From a virus (taxonomy: Duplodnaviria; Caudoviricetes), in IMG/VR virus record IMGVR_UViG_3300025154_001556: a DNA stretch of 64,000 nucleotides, one strand, 5' to 3'. The notes under the pieces are model-generated. The model made no database searches. It saw nothing but the letters and a program-made list of their open reading frames with translations, and had not been told where the DNA came from. The position numbers were made by a program, and so were the translations under genes. Shown here in pieces: positions 9,938 through 20,772 of this stretch (positions are counted from its first letter, which is position 1; each line of letters starts with the position of its first letter).

Positions 9938-10576
9938 TTAATAAACCTCTCCTAGCTTTAATTGCGCATCTATTACTGCTTCTTTTATCCACAGAGGTAA
10001 TTGTATAGCAACATAATCATTTACATCTTTAAATATATCCATAGGTCCAGCGTTAGAAAAAGGGTACATAACAAAATTAGTTTTTAACTCTTTTTCTTTA
10101 CTTCTAATAAAAGCATTATATTTTAATAAATATATCTTTTCCTTAGCGGACAAAGAACTATCGGCTACGTGCTCTGTTACACCACTTTTGCCGAATATTT
10201 TAGCATATTGATCACCATTAACTTCAACATATTGTCCTACTATACCTTCTAATATATTTTCTATAACCCTTAATTTACCACTAAAATCAAAGTTGGACAT
10301 ATCAGGAACAGTAAAAGATACCTGTCCATTGGTAACTGTTACGTATTCAAAGTTATCTAATCGGGCTATAAAATCTTCAATATAATCTTCAGGCCTAGTT
10401 TTACTACGCTTATCTGTAACCACATTAGTTAGCTGTTGAGAGTAAGAGTCCACAATAACATCTTTAACCTCATCTATCCTAGAAGTCAGTTTAAAGAACA
10501 GTTCTTTTTCTATAATATTCTCAAATTTATACGCTATTTCATGTGCGGATTTAATTACTTTTAATGGTGCTGCCAT
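9938..10576 (-). CDS. Probable neck/tail completion protein
   Basis: 212 aa, translationally coupled within the neck cluster. Confidence 0.35.
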   Translation of the reverse strand: MAAPLKVIKSAHEIAYKFENIIEKELFFKLTSRIDEVKDVIVDSYSQQLTNVVTDKRSKTRPEDYIEDFIARLDNFEYVTVTNGQVSFTVPDMSNFDFSGKLRVIENILEGIVGQYVEVNGDQYAKIFGKSGVTEHVADSSLSAKEKIYLLKYNAFIRSKEKELKTNFVMYPFSNAGPMDIFKDVNDYVAIQLPLWIKEAVIDAQLKLGEVY

Positions 10577-11175
10577 TATGTGTAGTCCTTAATTATCTCA
10601 GTAGTGTCTACTTTGGGCTTGTCAGTAGTAAAAGCAGTAATGATTAATAAAGATTGATTACCCAAGCCTCTTAATAACGGAGGTTTTGATAATTTACAGT
10701 CTACTCCATCTACTATAATTTTAACACAATTTTTAAATAAATCAAAGTATTTAGGATCTGTTTTTAGTTGTACTATCGTAGACCCTTCTGTGCCCGCTGG
10801 GGTGTATGTCATCGTATTACCAAAACCGCTAGCGGATGGGTCCCAAGTAATTAAGCAGTCTGCCCAAGCCCTACGTTGTGTTTCCAAAAATCCTTTACCA
10901 GTACAAACTGGACACCTACCACGTAAAAAGTATTTATAGTGTATGGTGACATTACCAGCAGCTTCCCACTCTGCTTGTTTAGCCAAAGCTTCTAAGGGTG
11001 TCCAAGAGCACTTGCCAGTACTTGAATCAGTCATTTTATCATAGTAGCAATTTGTACATTCTGATTTTATTGGCTGTTTATACACCTGTACTTTACGTGA
11101 TAAGCCTTTAATTACATTACGTATTGCTTTCTGGTACCTATCTTTTGTAAAGGATTTAATGCGGTTATCTTTCAT
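10576..11175 (-). CDS. Probable head-closure/neck protein with Zn-binding Cys pairs
   Basis: 199 aa with CTNC and CPVC motifs; beta-rich C-terminus; neck cluster position. Confidence 0.45.
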   Translation of the reverse strand: MKDNRIKSFTKDRYQKAIRNVIKGLSRKVQVYKQPIKSECTNCYYDKMTDSSTGKCSWTPLEALAKQAEWEAAGNVTIHYKYFLRGRCPVCTGKGFLETQRRAWADCLITWDPSASGFGNTMTYTPAGTEGSTIVQLKTDPKYFDLFKNCVKIIVDGVDCKLSKPPLLRGLGNQSLLIITAFTTDKPKVDTTEIIKDYT

Positions 11176-11221
11176 TACTTAATTTCCCAAAAGTTTAAGT
11201 ATGTAGTATTAATGTTTGTCA

Positions 11222-12184
11222 TTAATCGATCCTTACTCCACCAATACCTAACATTCTTACTGAATGTATGGCGTCATCTAAACGTTTTCTTATTGCATCC
11301 AATAATTCTTTTCTAGCCCGTATACCAGGTGATGGGTCATACTTAGAATTTTCATCAGTTATTATTGCACCATCCTCACTTACGTAATCCCAGGTTTCTG
11401 ACATTAGTAAATCATAAGCACAAGCCAGCATGTATATTTCCGCATTAGCGTTGGCTGCTGTTAACGGAGGAGGCGGGGGTGTGTTATCATAGGCTTCCAT
11501 AATTTCTCTGTCTGACCATCTAAATGTGTAATACCAGATGTCTACCCCGCTTTGAATCATACGCCCACCTGATATAACAGTAACAGGAGTGTCAATATAA
11601 CCATTAAATCTTAAATACCTATAACCATTTATGGAGGGATTGGCAGTTTCTGTATATTGCACCCCGTTCATATTTACAAAAGCGGGCCAGCCTTTTTCAT
11701 CCAGCACGTAAGTCCGGCCATCCGGCATTATAGAGGATTCTGCCTCATCACCATATTCCCTGTCTAAACCTATGGGGTCACCTATAAGTAAACGTATACG
11801 TTTTATTATTAACTGATCTGCTGTACCATATTCGATCTCAGGAGGATAGGCCGGGTCGTAGTATAAATCTTGTGCCTCTCCAAGTATAGGGTCTGTCCAA
11901 CCACTTACTGACCCGGTAGATGAGCTATAGTATCTAGATGTATACCAATCCGCAGCTGCTCCACTTGGGTCCATAAAGTAGTATTGACTATATTGTGGTA
12001 GTAATATAATCTCATCTGTATCAGTAATATTACTTATCTGGTCTGTACCAGATACAGCAGTGTAGTATGTAACATCAACAGGCGTCTGTGGTATGCCTAT
12101 ACCAGAGTAACGCATTAGCTGTATTCTATCAAATACTGATAATATTGTGGCTATGGAATCTAGCGTAAAGGTGAGATTGATCAT
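11222..12184 (-). CDS. Probable head-tail adaptor protein
   Basis: 320 aa; IKRIRLLIGD and FSDREI-like (WSDREI) motifs typical of gp15/gp6-like adaptors. Confidence 0.55.
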   Translation of the reverse strand: MINLTFTLDSIATILSVFDRIQLMRYSGIGIPQTPVDVTYYTAVSGTDQISNITDTDEIILLPQYSQYYFMDPSGAAADWYTSRYYSSSTGSVSGWTDPILGEAQDLYYDPAYPPEIEYGTADQLIIKRIRLLIGDPIGLDREYGDEAESSIMPDGRTYVLDEKGWPAFVNMNGVQYTETANPSINGYRYLRFNGYIDTPVTVISGGRMIQSGVDIWYYTFRWSDREIMEAYDNTPPPPPLTAANANAEIYMLACAYDLLMSETWDYVSEDGAIITDENSKYDPSPGIRARKELLDAIRKRLDDAIHSVRMLGIGGVRID

Positions 12185-12928
12185 TTAATCCTCCAAATAA
12201 CTACATTTATAATTCTTATGTTGGTTTCTGTTACCCTTGGCGCATGACACCATATGGGCCGGGTTAAGTTTATGCTCCCTACAAAAAGACGCTAAACAGT
12301 CTATAAGTATAATTTCGCCTGTAGGTGTCTCTATACTGTATTTCTTGGCATTTGGATTTAAAGCCCCAATAAATCTACCTTTTAATGTAGTAGCTATTTT
12401 ACTTTTAGTTTCATTATGTCTTGGTTTACCATAATTAGGGTTGTTAGCCCCAACATACATCCCAGAGTTCTTCCTTGTTTCTGACATCTTTCTTTTGGCG
12501 GACTCTGTATGTTTTCTGCCTTTTTTAGACGCACTAATCTTTTGTCTGGCTTCTTCTGATAGAATGTTACCGTAAGCGGGATGATCGGAGCCTTTTAATC
12601 CGTACATTGCATTTAACTCGCCTACAGCCCCTATACTATTAGTTCCACCTTCAGTCATATTGTACCCTTTGTTAAAACTATTATACTCATTTATATAGTA
12701 TATTTCCTTTTCATTCAGCGCTTCTTTATTATAAGCACTATCTAACTTAGACCAAATAAAATTGGCCGGGCCGTGTTTTAATAAAGCTTGATACAGTTTA
12801 TACGATTTACGTTTCATGGCATTTAAATGTTGTGTTTTACGTCTTGCCAAAGTATGCGTAGTTTGACCTATATATACTTTACCATTAATTACATTAGTTA
12901 CTTTATATATTATACCGTAAATATTCAT
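12185..12928 (-). mobile_element. Free-standing GIY-YIG homing endonuclease with NUMOD3 repeats
   Basis: GIIYKVTN...KVYIGQT, R..QH, EKE, GYN motifs; HTESAKRKMSE-type NUMOD3 repeats; abuts both neighbours with no intron sequence. Confidence 0.9.
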
Positions 12929-12935
12929 AATATAC

Positions 12936-15155
12936 CTATAAATTTGTAGGCCATGGAAACACTACATTAGTTTTTTGTACACGCATACTAGGTTTAATTT
13001 CTATTGCTTGCGTTGACTTTTCACCAACCTCATGAGCATGTGTCTCAGGATCTTTTACGGCAACAACCCTGGTTATTACAGAACCTATACCCATTATCAC
13101 GTCATCTAAATAGATACTTAAAGGCCTGGTGGCTTTAAATTCTATCTCATCTATATACACCTCGGTCATATTAAAAGAATCAAACGGTATATAGATTCTT
13201 TGCCATTCTTCTATCAAACTACTGTTTAAATAATGCCTTAAACTTACGGCATTACCATTAATACTGCCTACACTTTTTAAAGTAACTTCTATGTCCGCAG
13301 CTGCTGACCATTCTTGTAGGTTTAATTGCACCGCTATTAAGTCATACTCCTCAGTACTTATTGGGGGACCTATACGTATAAAACTAAATGAACTATTGGT
13401 TAACATACCAGAAGCGTCTAAACCATTTGTTCCTGATTTCATGGCATCCGGTGATTCTACACCAAAACCACTATGCAACCAGTCGCCCCCTATATCTGCT
13501 ACGCCAGTACCATTCCAAATATAGTAGTAGGCCTCTGTTGGACAAACAACATCAATTTCTTGTAATAAACTGTCATTAGTTGTTGTGCCTGTACCATGTA
13601 CATAGCCTATTATTCTATAAGAGCCTAATGAGGTAAAACATACCTTTTTTTCTTTTTGCTCTAAGCCTACAGGGCTCTCCCATGTTAGTTCCCAAGAACC
13701 CTCATTATCTTTATACACTTCCCAATGATAGCCTGTCGTTGTTCCATCAGAAGAAGTACCAGTTATTTCTAATAAATAGTAGCATTCTACTGTGGTAATA
13801 GTAACATTTGTAGTAAATACCACATCATAACTTATAGTAGTGGTTTGGTTGTACCAACCATCATTCCAATAGGCTGTTAATGTCACAATACCAGAATCTA
13901 TCTGCGGGGTGTATTCAAAAACGTAGTCATGAGTGACATTGGTCGCTGTTGTTAAGTCCCCATCTTCATTATATATCCAAGTATATCTATAACCATTTGG
14001 AGTATAAGTACCTACCCTATCGTAAGAAGTAGTTGTGTTAAGAAACTGCGCTTCTTCCGCAACTGTAACTTGGGCGGGAAACTGTGTAAAATCTACTAAG
14101 GGTCCGCCGAATAATCCTTGCTCTATTGGTATACTATAACTTATTACATGATCTTCAAAGTAGTCATTCCAATGTATATCTATACTTATTGTGTGTGTTC
14201 CTGGATTAGTAAAAGCACCTAATACGTTTGATTGTCCATACCAAGAAGTACCTAACCCCTCTGTATGGCTTATCACATCGTCTCTATTAGCAGAAACCAA
14301 AGTAGTTGTTGAACCAAAGGCCCCTGTGTCAATTATAGCCCAGTCTATACTAATTATTCTATTGTCTACATCAGTACCTGTATATTCAAATGTTACTGGT
14401 GTATTTGGGTCCAATACAACACCTGATACTGCCTGATGACATGTTATAGCTGGAACAGGGGCATGATATAATATCTGTATACTTTTGGTGTCACTTGTTA
14501 CTGTGGCACATTCATCTTCTATATTTATATCTACATTATATATACCAGCAGTAGCCCATTGGTGTGTGGAGGATGCTACACCAGAAAGGTCTAATGTACT
14601 TGCTGTGTCGCCCCAAAAATAATCAGTATTTGTTATGGTATTTACTAATTGTATGTTTTCTCCATAACGGGTTCGCCAATGATTCATAGTGACGCCATTA
14701 AAATCCCAACTATGCACGTCATAAGAAGTGTTGGTAGTGGTATAATTAGTATTAACTAAACCCGTGGTTGGTAAACTCCATACAAGATTAGGTGCTATAT
14801 TACTTTTTACTTGTATATCTAACGTATACACTGAACTACCATCTAAGGTAATTTCTGTTGCGCTCCATTGTTCTAGTAAAGAGCAGTCAGCATTTCTATC
14901 AGTAGTTGTGCCTTTCCAAAAAACTATTATTACTTTTGCATTATTTAGTGCCGCACCTTCTTGCCCTAAAAAAGCTTGATCTCCTAAATTAAAACTCCAA
15001 TAAGAAGTAGATTCACAAATTCTAACATCATTCCACGTGGAAGCTGATGAAGCGGTACCATTGTTATAAAAGTATGCTTGGTATTTTATGGTAGCCCCTG
15101 ATAAAGTAGCGTCCTCTAAGTAGGAAAAACCATTTATAGTAATGTTTAAAGCCAT
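12936..15155 (-). CDS. Large beta-rich virion accessory protein with PKD/Ig-like repeats and a C-terminal carbohydrate-binding-like domain
   Basis: 739 aa; PKD-like HQWATAGIYNVDINIED and FTNPGTHTISIDI segments; WQRIYIPFDSF resembles CBM11/CIA30-type domains. Confidence 0.55.
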   Translation of the reverse strand: MALNITINGFSYLEDATLSGATIKYQAYFYNNGTASSASTWNDVRICESTSYWSFNLGDQAFLGQEGAALNNAKVIIVFWKGTTTDRNADCSLLEQWSATEITLDGSSVYTLDIQVKSNIAPNLVWSLPTTGLVNTNYTTTNTSYDVHSWDFNGVTMNHWRTRYGENIQLVNTITNTDYFWGDTASTLDLSGVASSTHQWATAGIYNVDINIEDECATVTSDTKSIQILYHAPVPAITCHQAVSGVVLDPNTPVTFEYTGTDVDNRIISIDWAIIDTGAFGSTTTLVSANRDDVISHTEGLGTSWYGQSNVLGAFTNPGTHTISIDIHWNDYFEDHVISYSIPIEQGLFGGPLVDFTQFPAQVTVAEEAQFLNTTTSYDRVGTYTPNGYRYTWIYNEDGDLTTATNVTHDYVFEYTPQIDSGIVTLTAYWNDGWYNQTTTISYDVVFTTNVTITTVECYYLLEITGTSSDGTTTGYHWEVYKDNEGSWELTWESPVGLEQKEKKVCFTSLGSYRIIGYVHGTGTTTNDSLLQEIDVVCPTEAYYYIWNGTGVADIGGDWLHSGFGVESPDAMKSGTNGLDASGMLTNSSFSFIRIGPPISTEEYDLIAVQLNLQEWSAAADIEVTLKSVGSINGNAVSLRHYLNSSLIEEWQRIYIPFDSFNMTEVYIDEIEFKATRPLSIYLDDVIMGIGSVITRVVAVKDPETHAHEVGEKSTQAIEIKPSMRVQKTNVVFPWPTNL

Positions 15156-15574
15156 TATTCACCCCAAACTATTTCCATAGAAATAGTATTCAATGACTTT
15201 ATCCAAAAACCAGAAATCTCCTCGTTATCTCCATCCACAGTTACTAATTGAAAATTATGCGGACTACTTTCTGGAGTAACGCCTACAATATATGAATAGA
15301 ATGCCTGCACATCCCCTATATAAGTATTACATACTTCTACTTTATTAGCACCATAAAGATCAATAATCTGATCTATTACATAATTTTTAATTTTGGCCGT
15401 AGTAATCCCATCATGAATGTGTTTATGCTCAGCAACCGACCAGTAACCTTGGCGAACAGGGATAGATATGAGTTGCCACCCTGGCTCTAGCTCAATCGTG
15501 CCGTGCCCTACACTTGATATACTTTCTGCCGGAGCTAGCTGGTAACCGGCCCAAGATTGGTACCGCATATCCAT
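15155..15574 (-). CDS. Hypothetical virion-associated protein
   Basis: 139 aa; LEPGWQLISIP motif; coupled within the structural operon. Confidence 0.5.
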   Translation of the reverse strand: MDMRYQSWAGYQLAPAESISSVGHGTIELEPGWQLISIPVRQGYWSVAEHKHIHDGITTAKIKNYVIDQIIDLYGANKVEVCNTYIGDVQAFYSYIVGVTPESSPHNFQLVTVDGDNEEISGFWIKSLNTISMEIVWGE

Positions 15575-16105
15575 TTAGAACGGCCCTCCCATAAGATAAG
15601 GCACTGTATCAGTAGATGTTCTGTAATGCGCATGTACTGTGCCGGAAGCCACTGGGCTGCTCCAATCTGAGGCGTCATCAGATTTAATTTTAGTTATTAC
15701 ATAGTCTGTTTTATTTAATGGGACATTGCGTGCTGTTTGTGATGCGGTAGGTGTAGCATTCAATCTTAGGACATCTTCTACTGATATGTTGTAATGTCTT
15801 GTGTTATTTACAATATTATATATGTTTTGTTCGTTTACTAATATTTCTTCACTCGATGTTAGAAAACCAGAACACGTAGCATAGCATATAAATATGCCCG
15901 CCTCATCTATGGAAACGGCTGTTTTATATAAACCAGCTTCTACCGTAGATTCAATCAGTGTACCATTTATAGGAGGTATTAAGGCACTATCATCAATGCG
16001 ACGCACGTCATAGTACACAGTTTCGCCTGATGCCAAACTGCTGTCTTCCTCATTAAATAAAGATACTAATATAGGAAAGTTTTCGCCAACATTAGCCCTG
16101 ATCAT
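15575..16105 (-). CDS. Hypothetical virion-associated protein
   Basis: 176 aa, coupled ORF in the structural operon. Confidence 0.5.
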   Translation of the reverse strand: MIRANVGENFPILVSLFNEEDSSLASGETVYYDVRRIDDSALIPPINGTLIESTVEAGLYKTAVSIDEAGIFICYATCSGFLTSSEEILVNEQNIYNIVNNTRHYNISVEDVLRLNATPTASQTARNVPLNKTDYVITKIKSDDASDWSSPVASGTVHAHYRTSTDTVPYLMGGPF

Positions 16106-16114
16106 TTAAAGTCC

Positions 16115-16690
16115 TTAGTCCTTTTTCCAAACCACTTCAAATATAGATTCTAATAAGTCATCTGGTAATATAAGTTTATCGATTGGTTTACTTGAGTATT
16201 TTGGATGCTCATAACATGTGTCAATAAATTCTGTGCATGACATCTCTTTTTCATCATTAAAATTAAATTCATAATCATACCCTATATCTTTATATAGACA
16301 GTTAAATGCGTTTTTAATTGCGGTTACTGCTTTATTATTGTCAGGACAACGTAATATACATATGTCGTCACAGCGTAAAAAAGTTAATATATCTTCCTTG
16401 TTTATGCCTTGCCCCAACATGTGGATAACATAGCCATCTCCAACATACAGGGCCGCGTGAGACCAGTATCCTGGAATTAAGATACTACCTAAGTAGTGAT
16501 CATACCTTCTTAAAAGAACATCTCCTGGTTCAAGTACATTTAATACATAACGTGTATCTGGTCCTTTTATACTGTAAGAAGAATTACCAAAAAGTACAAA
16601 CCCTCCTGCATATACACGTATATCAGAAAACCAAGCAATCAATGTGTTTTTAATTTTGTAAAAAATAGTTGAAAGTGTCATACTTATCAC
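16115..16690 (-). CDS. Permuted papain-like amidase (YiiX/YebB, NlpC/P60 permuted family)
   Basis: LEPGDVLLRR, YWSHAALYVG (His), YDYEF and MSCTEF (Cys) in the permuted His-before-Cys order. Confidence 0.85.
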   Translation of the reverse strand: MISMTLSTIFYKIKNTLIAWFSDIRVYAGGFVLFGNSSYSIKGPDTRYVLNVLEPGDVLLRRYDHYLGSILIPGYWSHAALYVGDGYVIHMLGQGINKEDILTFLRCDDICILRCPDNNKAVTAIKNAFNCLYKDIGYDYEFNFNDEKEMSCTEFIDTCYEHPKYSSKPIDKLILPDDLLESIFEVVWKKD

Positions 16691-16696
16691 CTTTTA

Positions 16697-17683
16697 TTAT
16701 ATGGAGCGTGCTCTATGCATACATAATATACTTGCCATTGACCAGTTATGATCTCCTGATATAGCCATATTAGTGTCGGCTGTTACTTTTAATCTCATAC
16801 CACTACCTACTTGATCAGTATCTGAGGAATTTAAAGCTATAAAACCATTTGATAATAGTGGTACTTTATTTATAAATCTGGCTAAGGTTACTTCTACTGT
16901 AAACATATTGTACCTACCATTACCATAAGGGGCGGGGGTGATGTTTTCGTAACGTTTGGTTACAGTATTCCAAGTAGCATCCCAGAAAGCTACTGGGGCG
17001 TTGTGTTGGTCATCGTCTGGTACATAAACTAAACCACCTGTGTGTGTGGTTATATCTGATGTAATTGCTACTGTACCATTACCGGCGGCGGGGACTATTA
17101 AATAACCACCATATAAATTATAGTTAGTATTTGTTCCAACAGTGGTTGTTGTAACTCTTGGTACCACTTCCAGTGTTATTGTATCTAATAAAGCATCTTT
17201 CCATGTAATATAACCTTCATGTAACCATGTTTCATTTTCTACAATATTGAAATCTACATAAATAGGATCAGGGTCTGGATCACCAACAATATGATTAACA
17301 ACTATTGGTGTACCGCCACCAACAAGTCGTGGATTTGTTGTATCATCACCTTCCCCAGTCCAATAAATGGCTGTACCTAATTTTCTTGAAGTTTGATGCA
17401 CCCTTAATTTACCGGATAGGTCTCTATACTCATCTACTATACTTACATTAGAAAATTCTCCTAAACAATACTTTATACCTTCAGTAGTAGGGAAAGTAGT
17501 CACACCGTTACTTACAGCAATGTCACCAACAGCTACTTTGGCCACCAATACTTCTGATTGTGCTACCTCACGATCTGTTAAATAATCTGTAATAGTGGTA
17601 GTACTAGATGCTGGTATATTAAATCCACGTACATCTAATTCTATATCTTCTGTTGTAGTATTAGTTAATATTATAGTAGTCAT
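16697..17683 (-). CDS. Hypothetical structural protein
   Basis: 328 aa, beta-rich, Thr/Gly-rich, coupled with neighbours. Confidence 0.5.
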   Translation of the reverse strand: MTTIILTNTTTEDIELDVRGFNIPASSTTTITDYLTDREVAQSEVLVAKVAVGDIAVSNGVTTFPTTEGIKYCLGEFSNVSIVDEYRDLSGKLRVHQTSRKLGTAIYWTGEGDDTTNPRLVGGGTPIVVNHIVGDPDPDPIYVDFNIVENETWLHEGYITWKDALLDTITLEVVPRVTTTTVGTNTNYNLYGGYLIVPAAGNGTVAITSDITTHTGGLVYVPDDDQHNAPVAFWDATWNTVTKRYENITPAPYGNGRYNMFTVEVTLARFINKVPLLSNGFIALNSSDTDQVGSGMRLKVTADTNMAISGDHNWSMASILCMHRARSI

Positions 17684-18180
17684 ATATCATATCTCCAAGC
17701 AGTTTCTACACGACATACAGTGTTAATAATAGCTGATGAACTTTTAGAAACATACACTTGTATTTTGTCGGTCGGTTCTATATTTAAATTCAAATCATTA
17801 ATTAAAAATGTCCTATCAGCATTACCGTTATAACTAAAAGTATATATAGTAGCAGTATTTTTCTTTAACGCAAATTCTGTATAAGCATCTCCGGACTTAC
17901 TTCTACAAAATATACCAAGTACAGTTGATGGCCTATTTGGCATGTACACATCATCTGTGTCATCTAAATCACCTAATAAAGGTAAGTAAACACCTTTTGC
18001 GGCGCCTTTTCTTGCGTACTCAAATACCGGCTTTTCAGCAGATAACCATTTAGTTCTAACCACATCATAACAATAAGTTATATTTGTGATTGGATCAATC
18101 CATAACATATCTCCTATTAAAGGCTGCCCCCCATAGGCTACCAGGCCTTTTGTATGCCTTTGGAAAATACCCTTAGCCAT
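17680..18180 (-). CDS. Hypothetical structural protein
   Basis: 166 aa, overlapping stop/start with neighbours. Confidence 0.5.
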   Translation of the reverse strand: MAKGIFQRHTKGLVAYGGQPLIGDMLWIDPITNITYCYDVVRTKWLSAEKPVFEYARKGAAKGVYLPLLGDLDDTDDVYMPNRPSTVLGIFCRSKSGDAYTEFALKKNTATIYTFSYNGNADRTFLINDLNLNIEPTDKIQVYVSKSSSAIINTVCRVETAWRYDI

Positions 18181-18181
18181 T

Positions 18182-20143
18182 CTATATTACCTCCGTCAAT
18201 ATATCGAATGTTAGTAACAGTAAAATAGCGTCATTAACCATAGTATCAGCAGCGTCTGTGCTATCCCTGTATATTCTAAAACTAACTGCGGCGTCTCTAC
18301 TCAAAGGGCTATTAGCATCATTATAAGGTATATAAGAGACACATTTTAAAAAAGTGTCGGCCGAAGCATTGTCAGGTAGAGGCTTGTTTAGTACAACTGT
18401 TGAAATGGGTTTATTTTCTACTACATCTAAATCATTAAATACTTGGTACTCTAATGCCCATCTACAAGATGTTGCACCTGTCTGAGAGTAGTCATTAAAA
18501 AAGCTTATTTTCATTAATATATCGGTGTTCCTTTTCCAATTAGACGGTATTTCAAAAGAACCATACATAGACTCTTCTACGGTATCATCATAAGCTAATC
18601 CTGTTATAGGACATCCAGAGGCAGTAGTCTTATGTGGGAAATTGGTTATCCCTTCTGTTAAACTTCCGGCTCTAAATATCAGACTATACATATTATCCGC
18701 CGTGGATTTGGATATGCAACATGTTTCCGCGCCGGAAGAAAAATCTAACACTAATTTACCAAAATCAAGGTATCTTAGGTACATATCATTATCAACATTG
18801 TTTAATTGTACTGAAGGTGAAGCACTCCACTCTCTACCTAAGCCTTCTGTTTTAGGTCTATTCCAGTAAGTTACAGCAGCAGAATTAGCACCATAGTAAA
18901 CATCAGAAGTTCCGAAAGCATCAAGATTCCACATCATAGCAGAAACAAAGCCGAAATTAAACAATTCTTGCCCATTACTATTACTGTTATCTATAATACC
19001 TACGGCCGCCATATTGACCCCGTATTCATATCTTTTTATGTTGGCTTTTGAACCTCTTGCTGCCCAATCAGTTTTAGATTCATAACCAGCAGTAGAGGTA
19101 TAAGAAGCGGTGTTTATAGGAAAGCTTTCTAGAAGACACCAATCACTGGATGTAAGATTAGAGGTACCAGAAGTAGTATTATAGATAGTATTAGGATAGT
19201 TTGGATCATTATCGATACCTAAAATATGATCTAAGTTCCAAGTATTTACAAAACATAATTTAGAGTAGGTTTTATTATGAACATAGTCTATTCTGGTGTT
19301 CAACGCATCTCTGGTTACACCGTAGTCATACCCGGCCTCATCTATGAATATACCATCAATATTTAATAAATCCCAATTATCTGTTTTGGTTTGAAATACA
19401 GAAAGATCTTGGTTAGCCGTCACATAACCAAAAATTTGAATCCTTGGATTTAATGCTTTAACTCTTGGTATTATTATTTGGGTATTTGAATAGTCACCAT
19501 GGGTGGGGGTTTGTATTCCATCTCCTAAAACAATATAATTGTATTTAGCTATATCCTGGGCCACTTTTTCGTTTGTCCAAGAATTGGCGGCAGAGTTAAA
19601 TGAACTTAACCACCCGTAGTATACAAGTAAATCCATAGGACTAGGATAAGTCCAGCTTTTTATGTATTCAGTATACCAACCATCTTCTGACAAGGCAGTA
19701 TTAAGAGAGGATAGATTATCAGCGTGATCTTGTAATATACCATTAGGGCCTAAAATGGGTTGATGCTCTGCCACATATAAAGGACTGTCTGTATCATTGT
19801 ATAAATCTCTTCTATTGATCAGTACTTGCATAGGAATAAAAGTACCAGATACACCAGTATAGGGATCTACCACGATGGCGGTATCGGTTACAAAATATTC
19901 TAAGTCGCCTATAAATTCTACTATTGGTTGCCCCAGGTGGTTATCAACCACAGTGTCTAAAACAGTCTTACTAGCAGTGGATAAAGCTTCTTGATAGCAT
20001 ATATGTAAATCAGTGGGTTCATTAAATGAAAGACAGTCTAATGTACCACTAATATTAGTAGCTTGAGATAACTCGTAATGAAGAGCGCCTAAATCTACCG
20101 GTGATTTTGTATAAGAATACTCTTGCATTAACTTACTCTCCAA
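18182..20143 (-). CDS. Virion-associated protein with a central glycoside-hydrolase-like TIM barrel (spherulin-4/GH135 or GH114-like)
   Basis: 653 aa; YNYIVLGDG, QIFGYV, IDGIFIDEAGYDYG, CFVNTWN, WCLLESF strand pattern. Confidence 0.6.
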   Translation of the reverse strand: MESKLMQEYSYTKSPVDLGALHYELSQATNISGTLDCLSFNEPTDLHICYQEALSTASKTVLDTVVDNHLGQPIVEFIGDLEYFVTDTAIVVDPYTGVSGTFIPMQVLINRRDLYNDTDSPLYVAEHQPILGPNGILQDHADNLSSLNTALSEDGWYTEYIKSWTYPSPMDLLVYYGWLSSFNSAANSWTNEKVAQDIAKYNYIVLGDGIQTPTHGDYSNTQIIIPRVKALNPRIQIFGYVTANQDLSVFQTKTDNWDLLNIDGIFIDEAGYDYGVTRDALNTRIDYVHNKTYSKLCFVNTWNLDHILGIDNDPNYPNTIYNTTSGTSNLTSSDWCLLESFPINTASYTSTAGYESKTDWAARGSKANIKRYEYGVNMAAVGIIDNSNSNGQELFNFGFVSAMMWNLDAFGTSDVYYGANSAAVTYWNRPKTEGLGREWSASPSVQLNNVDNDMYLRYLDFGKLVLDFSSGAETCCISKSTADNMYSLIFRAGSLTEGITNFPHKTTASGCPITGLAYDDTVEESMYGSFEIPSNWKRNTDILMKISFFNDYSQTGATSCRWALEYQVFNDLDVVENKPISTVVLNKPLPDNASADTFLKCVSYIPYNDANSPLSRDAAVSFRIYRDSTDAADTMVNDAILLLLTFDILTEVI

Positions 20144-20772
20144 ATGTCAATCATCGCGTTTTTTATATAAGCAACCGTAGATCCCACAGTACTTCTATAA
20201 TTTATGGCTATTGTTAAAGCTTGTGTTGTGGGTAAATTACCATACATAAAACCAGAAACAAGTCCATAGTAATTTTGTTTTATCGGGGATTGGGCTTGAT
20301 CAAATATTACCTGATTTATGCTTGTGCCTGTTACAGTTACTTGTGCATTGTATTCAGTGGAAGTTTTATTTTGAGCCCATTGATAACTAAAACCTACTCT
20401 ATAATCACCTGCGGGCAAAGTTTCAGTGGTTAGAGTAAGTTTGTTTTGCCAAGCAGTGCTGGTAGTCGAACTAACAGCGTCAGATATAGCATCGCTAAAA
20501 TTTGAACCGAAATTTATGTTATTAATATCTGTATATTCTAAACCAGTTTCATCGGATTTTACTACAAGATATTTGCCTGCTTGATTTGTATAAGTTGCTG
20601 GAGTGTCTATAAGACTTATAAAAGACATGTTGTCAATTCTTTCAGTTAATTCTCCAGAAACTGTGGTTATTTTATTATGTATTGTTCCTGATACTACATC
20701 ATTAGCAAATTCTTGCTCAGATAAAAAGTCATAGTCATCTACTTGTTCTTCTCTTATCTTACTCCTGGCCAT
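20128..20772 (-). CDS. Fibre-like structural protein
   Basis: 214 aa; FISLIDTPATY...GKYLVVKSDETGLEY is a common phage fibre linker motif. Confidence 0.5.
   Translation of the reverse strand: MARSKIREEQVDDYDFLSEQEFANDVVSGTIHNKITTVSGELTERIDNMSFISLIDTPATYTNQAGKYLVVKSDETGLEYTDINNINFGSNFSDAISDAVSSTTSTAWQNKLTLTTETLPAGDYRVGFSYQWAQNKTSTEYNAQVTVTGTSINQVIFDQAQSPIKQNYYGLVSGFMYGNLPTTQALTIAINYRSTVGSTVAYIKNAMIDIWRVS

Noticed and set aside
12185-12935. Intron surrounding the GIY-YIG gene
   Set aside because: The ORF abuts both neighbours (0 and 7 nt), leaving no room for a ribozyme core.
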